41,001 nucleotides of DNA, taken from IMG/VR virus record IMGVR_UViG_3300022837_000003; one strand, 5' to 3'. Within the stretch, counting starts at the first letter, position 1. Every line of letters begins with the position of its first letter. The position numbers and the translations under genes are program-made. This DNA comes from a virus. Below the pieces are notes generated by a model. The model searched no databases and was not told the origin of the DNA. It saw only the letters and a list, made by a program, of their open reading frames with translations. Of the stretch, positions 13,145-21,978 are shown in pieces.

Positions 13145-15592
13145 ATGGATAATACAAAAGGAATTACTTTACCGTTCTCTATTCTCAAAGAACAACTAGA
13201 CCTGGAGAAGGATATGAGAGACCGAGGAATAAACAGGTTTAGAAAAAGGTTATTAGAACACAAGCAGAGAGGTGAGGAGTCTTTTACTAATTATGGTAAG
13301 ACTCTCTTATCAAACTCAATCAGACCCTTCTCAGAAGGTATAAAGGCCTATTGTGAGGAAGGTCACAAAATCCCAGGAGTTCAACCAATATCTAGAAAAC
13401 TACTATCTTTATTAGAACCAGACACAATGGCTTTGATAGCTTCAAAGTCTATTATTAACTGTATTACTATTTCTAGAAGACTAACAAGTGCTGCTATAAA
13501 TGTAGCAAGTAAAGTGGAAGATGAAATATCTCTTAGGGTATTTGAAGAAAGTAAACCTGAACACTATGGAGTTGTTAAAGCTGATTTAGAAGGTCGTTCA
13601 GCGGGCTACCAATACAAGAGACGTAAATTAAGAGAATCAGCACAAAAAAATAACATTGAGTGGGCACAGTGGACAAGAAGCGAAAAAGTTCATGTAGGTT
13701 ACAAACTTATAGAATTAATGTGTGTTCATACTGGACTTTGCGACATTCAAACTGTGTTTATTAAAAAACGTAGAGAAAAGAAATTAATACCAACAGCAAA
13801 AACTTTAGAATGGATTAATAGTAGAAATGATTTTCTAGAAGTTCTTGCTCCAGAATATTTTCCAACTATCGTTGCGCCAAGACGTTGGGAGGAAGGTAGT
13901 ACAAAAGGTGGTGGTTATTACTCAAGACATATCAAACCATTAACCTTAGTTAAATATCGTAATAGAAAAAACTTAGCTGATTTAGAAAATGTAAAAATGC
14001 CTTTAGTTTATAAAGCTGTAAATGCACAACAAGATACACCTTATAAAATAAATTTATTTATCTTGAATGTTTTAGATAAAGCCTGGGAGAAAAATATTGC
14101 TCTTGGTGGTTTACCTTTAGCTGAACTTATGGACTTACCAAGTAAGCCCCATGATATTGAGACTAATAAAATAGCAAGACAGCTATTTAGAATAGAGTCT
14201 GTAAAAATACATACTGATAATGCTAGACAGAAATCAAAAAGATTATTGTTTGCAAAAGTTAGATGGATGGCACACATGATTAAAGAAAAAATATTTTATC
14301 ATGCACATACTTTAGATTTTAGGTCTAGATGTTATCAAGTTACAAATTATCTAAACATACAAGGTGTTGACTTTGCAAAAGCATTACATCTTTTAGGTAC
14401 AGGTAAAAAAATCACCAAAGAGAATAGAGGTGATTATTGGTTAGCTGTTACTGGTGCTGCATTGTTTGGTGTGGATAAAGTTACAAGAGAAGAGCAAGTT
14501 AAATGGGTTGATGATAACTTAGAAATGTTTCAAAAAATACAGGCTGACCCTTTTACAAATAGGGAGTGGGAGAATGCAGACAAACCTTTTCAATTTCTTG
14601 CATGGGCCAATGAGTGGGCTTCATTTAAAGCTGTAGGCTACGGTTATCTTAGTACTTTTATCTGTAACCAGGATGGAAGTTGTAACGGGATACAACACTA
14701 TAGTGGGATTTTAAAAAATACCAAAACAGCTAGAGCGGTTAACTTAGGTAAATCTGAAAAACCAGAAGATGTTTACACCGTGGTTAAAGACGCTGTCATT
14801 GCTAATTTAAAAATAATGACGGAAGACCCTTATGCAAAACTTTGGTTACAGTTTGGAGTAAAACGTACAACTGTAAAAAGAGCAATCATGACTAGTCCTT
14901 ACGGTTCGACTAGATATTCTTGTAGTGATTTTGTTGATGAGGATTTAGTTAAAAGAAAAGACCAGGGGGACGAACATCCATTTGGTAGCTCATCATTTCA
15001 GGCTTGCACTTTTTTATCAGGTGTTATCTGGGATAGTATGGGTGAAGTTTTATCATCTGCTAGATTAGGTATGGCGTTTTTACAAAACTGTGCAAAAGTT
15101 TTAGCTAAAGCGGGACACAGAATACGTTGGATAAATCCAGTTGGCTTTCCAGTCATTCAAGATTATCCAGAGTTTAAATCTATGAGAGTTAAAACTAGAA
15201 TGTTTGGTGAAATAATAAAACCAAGAATAAATGTTGAAACAGAGAAATACTCTGTGATTAAAGCCTCTAACGGGCTGCCACCGAATTTTATCCACTCACA
15301 AGATTCGGCACATATGATGATGGTTGTATGCAAGGCTTACGACAAAGGCATTTCTCATTTTTGTAATGTTCATGACTCTTTTGGAACATTAGCTGCGGAC
15401 TCACAAGTTCTTGCAGATACAATCAGAGAAACATTTGTAGAGTTGTATAATGATACATGTCCACTAGAGGATTTTAAATTATCTATACAACCCTCACTTA
15501 CAGAAGAGCAACGTAAAAAATTACCAACTGTTCCAGAAAAAGGTGACTTCAATATACATGAGGTTTTACAGTCTGAGTTCTTTTTTGCGTAA
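13145..15592 (+). CDS. Single-subunit DNA-directed RNA polymerase (T7 gp1-like), 815 aa
   Basis: T7-family motifs are present: PNFIHSQDSAH, HDSFGT and a C-terminal ...SEFFFA (T7 ends FAFA). Length is typical of marine T7-like phages. Confidence 0.92.
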   Translation: MDNTKGITLPFSILKEQLDLEKDMRDRGINRFRKRLLEHKQRGEESFTNYGKTLLSNSIRPFSEGIKAYCEEGHKIPGVQPISRKLLSLLEPDTMALIASKSIINCITISRRLTSAAINVASKVEDEISLRVFEESKPEHYGVVKADLEGRSAGYQYKRRKLRESAQKNNIEWAQWTRSEKVHVGYKLIELMCVHTGLCDIQTVFIKKRREKKLIPTAKTLEWINSRNDFLEVLAPEYFPTIVAPRRWEEGSTKGGGYYSRHIKPLTLVKYRNRKNLADLENVKMPLVYKAVNAQQDTPYKINLFILNVLDKAWEKNIALGGLPLAELMDLPSKPHDIETNKIARQLFRIESVKIHTDNARQKSKRLLFAKVRWMAHMIKEKIFYHAHTLDFRSRCYQVTNYLNIQGVDFAKALHLLGTGKKITKENRGDYWLAVTGAALFGVDKVTREEQVKWVDDNLEMFQKIQADPFTNREWENADKPFQFLAWANEWASFKAVGYGYLSTFICNQDGSCNGIQHYSGILKNTKTARAVNLGKSEKPEDVYTVVKDAVIANLKIMTEDPYAKLWLQFGVKRTTVKRAIMTSPYGSTRYSCSDFVDEDLVKRKDQGDEHPFGSSSFQACTFLSGVIWDSMGEVLSSARLGMAFLQNCAKVLAKAGHRIRWINPVGFPVIQDYPEFKSMRVKTRMFGEIIKPRINVETEKYSVIKASNGLPPNFIHSQDSAHMMMVVCKAYDKGISHFCNVHDSFGTLAADSQVLADTIRETFVELYNDTCPLEDFKLSIQPSLTEEQRKKLPTVPEKGDFNIHEVLQSEFFFA

Positions 15593-15594
15593 AT

Positions 15595-15634
15595 CAACCC
15601 ACTAAAGAGGTAATTAGTACCCCTATTAGAACCA
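15595..15634 (+). promoter_or_regulatory. 40-bp element: T3-like box plus putative phage promoter copy 3 (T7 phi1.1 / primary-origin position)
   Basis: CAACCCACTAAAGAGGTAATTAGTACCCCTATTAGAACCA begins 3 nt after the RNAP stop and is followed by an A-rich tract. Confidence 0.5.
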
Positions 15635-15645
15635 AAGGAATAAAT

Positions 15646-15816
15646 ATGGATGACTTTGCGTATCTTCCAATAGATGAAATTGTAAAATTACAATCTAAAG
15701 GAATAATAACAAGTGACAATAATGTAAATAACAATGAGGAAAATAATGGCGAACAGCTATACAAAGATAGTGACTCCGGTTGGAGTTGCTCAATTTCCCT
15801 GGTTAACAACTGCTGA
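15646..15816 (+). CDS. Micro-ORF (56 aa, acidic, N-rich), doubtful
   Basis: RBS AAGGA. It overlaps the SSB start by 71 nt in another frame, which argues against it. Confidence 0.2.
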   Translation: MDDFAYLPIDEIVKLQSKGIITSDNNVNNNEENNGEQLYKDSDSGWSCSISLVNNC

Positions 15817-16363
15817 TACTAAATTCGGTGACCCAGGTGACTATAAAGTAAATCTAGTCATAAAAAAAGAAGACTGCGGAGCAATAATACATATTATTGA
15901 CGAAGTGGTTAAAGAAAGTCTTACTCTTGCAAAAGAGAAGTCTAAAAATAAAACAATCAAACAAGCTAACTTACCTTACAACGATGAGTTAGACGATGAG
16001 GGTAACCCTACTGGCAATGTTATATTTAAGTTTAAATGTAAATCAGTAATCACTATGAAAACTGGTGAAACTTTTGAAAACAAACCCGCAATTTTTGATG
16101 CTAAAGGCGTTCCATTGAGAGATGTAAATGTTTGGGGTGGTTCAGAATTAAAAGTTAGTTCAGAATTAATTCCGTATTACACTTCAATGGTAGGTGCGGG
16201 TGTATCAATGAGACTTAAAGGCGTTCAAGTAATAAAACTAGTAGAAGGTGGAAGTGATTCGACTGGACATGGTTTCAAGAAAGAAGACGGTTATACAGTT
16301 TCGGAAAACCAGGAGTTTGACAATGAGACCCAACCAGTGGTGGCCCAAGAAGACGACTTCTAG
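15746..16363 (+). CDS. Single-stranded DNA-binding protein (T7 gp2.5-like), 205 aa
   Basis: ATG 15746 (RBS GAGGA). Blocks shared with T7 gp2.5 as I recall it are YKVNLVI, FKFKC, GGSELKVSSELIPYY and the acidic tail ending ...QEDDF. Confidence 0.85.
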   Translation: MANSYTKIVTPVGVAQFPWLTTADTKFGDPGDYKVNLVIKKEDCGAIIHIIDEVVKESLTLAKEKSKNKTIKQANLPYNDELDDEGNPTGNVIFKFKCKSVITMKTGETFENKPAIFDAKGVPLRDVNVWGGSELKVSSELIPYYTSMVGAGVSMRLKGVQVIKLVEGGSDSTGHGFKKEDGYTVSENQEFDNETQPVVAQEDDF

Positions 16364-16736
16364 ATATCGGTCTGGCCTTGAAGAACAAATAGCAAGGCAA
16401 CTAACATATTCAAAAATACCTTTTGAGTATGAAACCAAAGTAATAAAATATATCAAACCAGAAAAGTCACACAGGTATACTCCTGATTTTGTTTTAACAA
16501 AAAAAGATGGTAGCCTTATGTACATTGAAGGTAAGGGTAGATTTTTAACGGCTGATAAGCAAAAACATATTTTAGTTAAGAACCTTTATCCAGAACTGGA
16601 TTTAAGATTTGTCTTTTCTAATTCACAAACTCGCATATCCAAACTGTCAAATACGACATACGCTATGTGGTGTCAGAAACATGAGTTTCAATATTCTGAT
16701 AAATTCATACCAAAAAGTTGGATAGCCGAGTTATAA
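16323..16736 (+). CDS. Endonuclease I / Holliday-junction resolvase (T7 gp3-like), 137 aa
   Basis: ATG 16323 (RBS AGGAG) overlaps the SSB gene by 41 nt. Blocks matching T7 gp3 are RSGLEEQIARQL, FEYE, YTPDF, IEGKG, KHILVKNLYPELDLRFVFS and FIPKSW. Confidence 0.85.
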   Translation: MRPNQWWPKKTTSRYRSGLEEQIARQLTYSKIPFEYETKVIKYIKPEKSHRYTPDFVLTKKDGSLMYIEGKGRFLTADKQKHILVKNLYPELDLRFVFSNSQTRISKLSNTTYAMWCQKHEFQYSDKFIPKSWIAEL

Positions 16737-16754
16737 TAGTGTATACAATCGATT

Positions 16755-16819
16755 GGCGATTTTCATAGGTCGCCTTTTCTGGGGCCCTTAGATTAATTTC
16801 TAGGGGCCTTTTTGTTTTT
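16755..16819 (+). terminator. Two tandem terminator-like hairpins after endonuclease I
   Basis: The first is GGCGA-tttcatagg-TCGCC followed by TTTTCT. The second is GGCCCTTAG-attaattt-CTAGGGGCC (9 bp including one G-U) followed by TTTTTGTTTTT. Confidence 0.6.
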
Positions 16820-16847
16820 AAGCCTCAAATTTAAAAGGAATACCAAT

Positions 16848-18428
16848 ATGGAAAATAGCGAATTTTCATATCACGCTCCTTGTACTCAATGTGAAAGCAA
16901 AAATAACGTTGCCGTTTATTCGGACGGACACGGTCATTGTTTTGGCTGTGGTTATTATTATTCAACATATGAAAAACAGGAAGCGGATATGGATAACACA
17001 AATAAAGATTTAATTAAGGGTGAATGTAAACCTTTATTAAAAAGAAAAATAAATACAGAAACAGTAAATAAGTTTAATTACCAAACTGGGAAACATAACG
17101 GTAAATCAGTTCAGATTGCAAACTACTACGACAAAGATAATAAATTAGTTGCACAGAAATTACGTTATCCCGACAAGTCCTTTCAATGGATTGGAGATAG
17201 TAAGAAAGCCGTATTGTTTGGACAAAACTTATGGCGTAACGGTGGAAAAACTTGCTGCGTTTTAGAAGGTGAAATTGATTGTATGTCTCTTTCAGCTATT
17301 CAAAATAACAAATGGGCTTGTGTTTCTATCAAGACTGGTAGTCAAGGTGCTAAGAAAGATTTACAGCAACAACTCGAATGGTTAGAAAAATTTGAGTCTA
17401 TTGTTTTAATGTTCGACTCTGATACTGCGGGAAAAAACGCAGCCCAGGAATGTTCTAAAATCTTTACACCAGGTAAATGTAAGATTGCAACTCTCCCTCT
17501 TAAAGATGCTAATGAAATGTTAGTACAAGGTAAATCAAAAGAATTAATTGATGCAATGTGGGGTGCGAAAGCCTACAGACCTGACGGTATAATTTCTGGA
17601 GAAGAGATTTTTGATACATTAATTAAAGAAGACACTAACGAAACTGTTCCTTACCCTTTTGAATGTCTTAATACAAAAACAAGAGGAATGAGAACGGGTG
17701 AGTTAATAGTTATAACTAGTGGTACTGGACAAGGTAAATCACAGTTATGCAGACATATAGGCCATCACCTTATTAAAAAAGGTGAAAGCGTTGGTTATAT
17801 TGCACTTGAAGAAAGCATTAAGCGTACTGCTCTGGGCCTTATGTCAATTGATGTTAAAAAACCATTACACTTAGATAGGAAGCTCGTAAACGATGACGCA
17901 TTTAAAAATAGTTTTAATTCAACAGTGGGTAGTGGCTTGCTGTATCTATATGACAGTTTCGGTTCAACCGAGTCTGAAAATCTATTATCCAAAATTCGTT
18001 ATCTTGCTAAAGGTCTTGGTGTACGTTGGGTTATACTTGACCATCTTAGTATTGTCGTTTCTGGATTAGAAACTTACGATGAACGTAAACTAATAGATGT
18101 CACAATGACTAAGCTTAGATGCTTAGTTGAAGAGACAGGTATTGGTTTAATTTTAGTATCTCACTTAAGAAGACCCGAAGGTAATAAAGGTTATGAAGAT
18201 GGGATGCAGACTTCATTAAATTCTCTTAGAGGAAGCACGGCCATTGCAGGTCTTGCTGATTGTGTCATTGGACTTGAGAGAGACCAAAATGACGAAGAGA
18301 ATAAAAAATACACAACTGTCCGTGTTCTAAAAAATAGACACACAGGCGACACTGGCAAGTGTGGAACTTTGTTTTTCAACGAGGACACATCTTGTCTTGA
18401 AGAAGCAAAGGAAAGAAATGATTTCTAA
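16848..18428 (+). CDS. Bifunctional DNA primase-helicase (T7 gp4-like), 526 aa
   Basis: I prefer ATG 16848 over the track's TTG at 16812. Motifs are a Cys4 zinc finger (CTQCES...CFGCG), TOPRIM (EGEIDCMS, FDSDTAG), Walker A (SGTGQGKS) and Walker B-like (VILDHLS). Confidence 0.9.
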   Translation: MENSEFSYHAPCTQCESKNNVAVYSDGHGHCFGCGYYYSTYEKQEADMDNTNKDLIKGECKPLLKRKINTETVNKFNYQTGKHNGKSVQIANYYDKDNKLVAQKLRYPDKSFQWIGDSKKAVLFGQNLWRNGGKTCCVLEGEIDCMSLSAIQNNKWACVSIKTGSQGAKKDLQQQLEWLEKFESIVLMFDSDTAGKNAAQECSKIFTPGKCKIATLPLKDANEMLVQGKSKELIDAMWGAKAYRPDGIISGEEIFDTLIKEDTNETVPYPFECLNTKTRGMRTGELIVITSGTGQGKSQLCRHIGHHLIKKGESVGYIALEESIKRTALGLMSIDVKKPLHLDRKLVNDDAFKNSFNSTVGSGLLYLYDSFGSTESENLLSKIRYLAKGLGVRWVILDHLSIVVSGLETYDERKLIDVTMTKLRCLVEETGIGLILVSHLRRPEGNKGYEDGMQTSLNSLRGSTAIAGLADCVIGLERDQNDEENKKYTTVRVLKNRHTGDTGKCGTLFFNEDTSCLEEAKERNDF

Positions 18429-18654
18429 ACCATTAACAAAAAGAAAACGTCAAATAAAACTAACAGAAATTTGGACTCTTACTGCTGAAATACAAACAGC
18501 AGTGGAGTGGGCTAAAGCAAATCCATACTGTGATGTAGTTTTAGGACTTCCCTCTTTGCAATTAAAATATGTTGCAGAGACAGTCCTAAGTCAAATGTCA
18601 ATATTAGATGAAGCTGCATGTCGAGTTCAAATAGAAATAATAACATTACATTAA
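18418..18654 (+). CDS. Hypothetical protein (78 aa)
   Basis: Internal ATG with RBS AAGGAAAG. It overlaps the helicase end by 11 nt. Confidence 0.45.
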   Translation: MISKPLTKRKRQIKLTEIWTLTAEIQTAVEWAKANPYCDVVLGLPSLQLKYVAETVLSQMSILDEAACRVQIEIITLH

Positions 18655-18656
18655 TT

Positions 18657-18938
18657 ATGAAACTACCAACAATAAATAAAAAAATATTAAACGCACCATT
18701 CGTTTCTTTACATTGGAAAGATATAAACGGAACGGCTGAGTGGTTAAGTTTAAAAGACGCAATGAATAGTAAAAGTACAACTTGTATTTCAAATGGATGG
18801 CTAATTAGAGCTGACAAAGAATTACATATTGTTGCAGCTGATGTTAATTTTAATGACAACGGTACTTTAGGAGACGTAGGCAACGTTACCACTATTCCAA
18901 CAGTTAACGTTTTAAAAATAAAGAAGATTAAAATATGA
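18657..18938 (+). CDS. Hypothetical protein (93 aa)
   Basis: The ATG comes 2 nt after the previous stop, and the end overlaps the DNAP start (ATGA). Confidence 0.45.
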   Translation: MKLPTINKKILNAPFVSLHWKDINGTAEWLSLKDAMNSKSTTCISNGWLIRADKELHIVAADVNFNDNGTLGDVGNVTTIPTVNVLKIKKIKI

Positions 18939-20641
18939 AATATGTGTTCGATTTAGAATCGAATGGCTTATATAATGATGTGAGTACCATCCACTGTATT
19001 GTTTTAAAAGATATAGATTCTAATAAAATAATACAAGTAGGAGTTAACGAAGCTTTAAAATTATTATCGGAAGCAGAGTTAATCATTGGACATAACATCA
19101 TTAAATATGACATTCCTGTTCTTAAAAAATTATATGGATTTAAAACTAAAGCCAAAGTTTTTGATACCTTAGTTGCTACACGTCTAATTTGGTCTGACTT
19201 AACAGACTCAGATATGAAGCGTGTACATGCAATAAATTATCCTAGAAATTTAGTTAATCGCCACAGCCTTAAAGCTTGGGGAATAAGATTAGGAAATTAT
19301 AAGCAACAAATAGATACTGATTGGTCAGTGTTTACACCTGAAATGCTTGAGTACTGTGTCCAGGACGTAGAAGTTACTCATACATTATATCAAAAGATTT
19401 TGGGACAGAAAATTTTGGGCCAATCGTTAGATATAGAACACGCTGTAGCCGAACTAATAAGTAGGCAAGAAATATATGGTGTGATGTTTGATAAAGAAAA
19501 AGCAACCAAACTATACGCTGAGTTATCTAGTGAACGTAACAATATCAAAAAAGAAATGGAAGAAACTTTTAAGCCTATTACTATTAAAAGAGTTTCAGAA
19601 AAAACTGGCAAACCACTAAAAGATAAAGTGGTAGAGTTTAATCCATCAAGTCGTAGACAAATAGCTGACAGATTAAAGACTAAGTACAACTGGAAGCCTA
19701 CTGTATTTACAAATGATGGTTTACCAAAAGTTGATGATACAGTTTTAACTTCATTAGATTTTCCAGAAGCTAAATTACTTGCACGTTATTTTCTTTTAGA
19801 AAAACGTATTGGTATGTTAGCCGAAGGTAAACAAGCTTATTTAAAACTAGAAAAACAAGGGAGGCTACATGGAACTGTAAATACTAACAATGCAGTAACA
19901 GGTAGGGCCACTCATATGCATCCTAACTTAGGACAAGTACCCGCAGTGAGTGTTCCTTATGGTAAAGAGTTTAGAGAATTATTTACCGTACCTAAGAATA
20001 AAATATTAGTAGGATGCGATGTAAGCGGACTCGAATTACGCTTATTAGGCCACTTCATAGCAAAATTTGATAACGGTGATTATGCTAACGTTGTAGTTAA
20101 CGGTGACATACATACTGAAAATCAAAAGTTAGCGGGTTTAGATACTCGTGACCAAAGTAAAAGGTTTCTGTATGCTTGGCTCTATGGAGCAGGCGTTTCA
20201 AAAATCGCAGAAGTAACTGGTAAATCTAATAAGGGGGCAGCTCAAGTAAGGAAACGTTTCTTAAATAGTTTACCCGCATTAAGTAAATTAATACAACAAG
20301 TTCAACTTTCTGCTGAAAGAGGTTTCTTAATTGGTCTTGATAAAAGACACATTAAAGTAAGAAATAGTTTCAGCGCATTGAATACACTTTTACAAGGTGC
20401 AGGAGCCGTAGTTTGTAAGCAGTGGTTAATTGAATTTGATAAAGCAATCAAAAATTTTAAAGATGTTCAACAAGTACTTTGGGTACATGATGAAATACAA
20501 ATTGAATGTCCTAAAGATAAAGCAGAAGAAGTTGGAAAGTTAGCTGTCGAATGTATCAAACGAACAGGCGAACATTTTAATTTAAGAGTGCCTTTAACAG
20601 GCGAGTACAAAATCTCAACAAATTGGAGTGGAACACATTAA
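18935..20641 (+). CDS. Family A DNA polymerase with 3'-5' exonuclease (T7 gp5-like, compact, 568 aa)
   Basis: Motifs are Exo I (FDLESNGL), motif A (CDVSGLELRLL), motif B (RDQSKRFLYAWLYGAG) and motif C (VHDEIQIE). It is about 135 aa shorter than T7 gp5. Confidence 0.9.
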   Translation: MKYVFDLESNGLYNDVSTIHCIVLKDIDSNKIIQVGVNEALKLLSEAELIIGHNIIKYDIPVLKKLYGFKTKAKVFDTLVATRLIWSDLTDSDMKRVHAINYPRNLVNRHSLKAWGIRLGNYKQQIDTDWSVFTPEMLEYCVQDVEVTHTLYQKILGQKILGQSLDIEHAVAELISRQEIYGVMFDKEKATKLYAELSSERNNIKKEMEETFKPITIKRVSEKTGKPLKDKVVEFNPSSRRQIADRLKTKYNWKPTVFTNDGLPKVDDTVLTSLDFPEAKLLARYFLLEKRIGMLAEGKQAYLKLEKQGRLHGTVNTNNAVTGRATHMHPNLGQVPAVSVPYGKEFRELFTVPKNKILVGCDVSGLELRLLGHFIAKFDNGDYANVVVNGDIHTENQKLAGLDTRDQSKRFLYAWLYGAGVSKIAEVTGKSNKGAAQVRKRFLNSLPALSKLIQQVQLSAERGFLIGLDKRHIKVRNSFSALNTLLQGAGAVVCKQWLIEFDKAIKNFKDVQQVLWVHDEIQIECPKDKAEEVGKLAVECIKRTGEHFNLRVPLTGEYKISTNWSGTH

Positions 20642-21018
20642 TGACAAAAGCTAATAAAAAGTTTGACCTAGATTTAAAGTATGGTCAAGATAGAGAACAA
20701 CAAGTAGCTAACTTATTGATAGCAGATAAATCAAAAGTAGAAGTTAAAACAGAAAGAGACTGGTGGGCCAAGACTGGCAACATCGCAATAGAAATAGAAA
20801 GTTGGGGTAAACCTAGTGGACTAGAGGCAACTGAAGCTGACTATTGGGTGCATATATTAGCCCACGGTAAACAAGACTTTTGCAAACTTATATTTGAAGT
20901 TTCGCAACTGAAGAAGATAGTTAAGAAGTTTTCAAAAAATACAAGAATGTTGGGTGACCATCACGCTTCTAAGTGTGTGCTTATTCCATTAGCAGAGCTC
21001 TTCTCACAAGAAAAATAA
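20641..21018 (+). CDS. Hypothetical protein (125 aa), possibly with a PD-(D/E)xK-like nuclease fold
   Basis: TAATG overlap with the DNAP stop. Weak E-x-K-type pattern (KVEVKTE, IAIEIES). Function not established. Confidence 0.4.
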   Translation: MTKANKKFDLDLKYGQDREQQVANLLIADKSKVEVKTERDWWAKTGNIAIEIESWGKPSGLEATEADYWVHILAHGKQDFCKLIFEVSQLKKIVKKFSKNTRMLGDHHASKCVLIPLAELFSQEK

Positions 21019-21033
21019 CCAACAAGGATAGAA

Positions 21034-21774
21034 ATGAAAAAGACAATAATAATTGACGGGGATATTGTAGCTTATAAAGCCGCAGTACAATCTGAAGTAG
21101 ACACTCATTGGGGTGATGGTTTCTGGACGCTTCATGCGGAAGAGACACAAGGTAAATATTTAGTAGCTTCAGAAATTGAAGACTTTAAAGAAAAACTAAA
21201 TGCAGATAAAATAATTGTAGCGTTGACTGATAGAAACAATTTTCGAAAAGATGTTTTGCCAACCTACAAGGATAATCGAAAACAAAAACGTAAACCTCTT
21301 TTATTGAGTCCTTTACGTAAATTTCTAATTGAGGAATATGATGCTATAATCCTTCCTAACTTAGAAGCTGATGATGTCATGGGCATCTTGGCAACCAAAC
21401 CTTCAAAGGGTGAGCAGAAAATTATCTGTTCTATTGATAAAGACCTGAGACAAATTCCAGGTCATTTATATAATGGTGAAACATTAACTAAGAACGCTCC
21501 AAAGCATTGCGATTGGTGGCACATGATTCAAACAATGACAGGTGATGCCGTTGATGGATTTTCAGGAATACCTGGTGTTGGAAAAGTAACAGCACAGAAA
21601 ATTCTTAACAATAAAAACATGCCATTAAAAAAGATGTGGGAGTTAGTAGTTAAAACTTTTGAAAAACACGGACTGTTTGAACATGACGCTTTACAACAAG
21701 CTCGTGTTGCTAAAATCCTTAGACACACAGACTACAACATGAAAACAGGGGAGATTCATTTATGGCAGATTTAA
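21034..21774 (+). CDS. 5'-3' exonuclease (T7 gp6 / FEN-family), 246 aa
   Basis: A PIN-like N-terminus (IIIDGDIVAYKAA, EADDVMG) and an H3TH motif (GDAVDGFSGIPGVGKVTAQKIL). Confidence 0.85.
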   Translation: MKKTIIIDGDIVAYKAAVQSEVDTHWGDGFWTLHAEETQGKYLVASEIEDFKEKLNADKIIVALTDRNNFRKDVLPTYKDNRKQKRKPLLLSPLRKFLIEEYDAIILPNLEADDVMGILATKPSKGEQKIICSIDKDLRQIPGHLYNGETLTKNAPKHCDWWHMIQTMTGDAVDGFSGIPGVGKVTAQKILNNKNMPLKKMWELVVKTFEKHGLFEHDALQQARVAKILRHTDYNMKTGEIHLWQI

Positions 21775-21971
21775 TTAAAGAACCTCCTCATTATACGCAG
21801 CATAAAATAGAACCAATAGATTTTATTATAGCTAACAAATTGGATTTTTGTACTGGGAATGTCATTAAGTATCTACTTAGACACACTAAGAAAAACGGTG
21901 TCCAGGATTTACTGAAAGCCAAACAGTACATAGATTTTATTATTAATAAACAACTTAAAAAAACTAAATAG
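21762..21971 (+). CDS. DUF3310-family small phage protein (69 aa)
   Basis: PPHYTQHKIEPIDFI...GNVIKYLLRHTKKNG..DLLKAKQYIDFI matches the DUF3310 pattern as I recall it. Confidence 0.6.
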   Translation: MADLIKEPPHYTQHKIEPIDFIIANKLDFCTGNVIKYLLRHTKKNGVQDLLKAKQYIDFIINKQLKKTK

Positions 21972-21978
21972 GGAAAAC

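Noticed and set aside
15594-15809. Minus-strand ORF (71 aa) between the RNAP and SSB genes
   Set aside because: It covers the conserved 40-bp promoter-like element and the SSB start on the opposite strand, and it has no RBS.
16812-16847. Upstream-extended starts proposed by the ORF track (16812 TTG for primase; also 4101, 8926 GTG, 11887, 15734, 16248, 18361, 18618, 20623, 37706)
   Set aside because: In each case a downstream ATG has a proper AGGA/GGAG-type RBS or a start/stop overlap with the preceding gene. The extension would also run through a terminator, a repeat arm or the upstream coding region.
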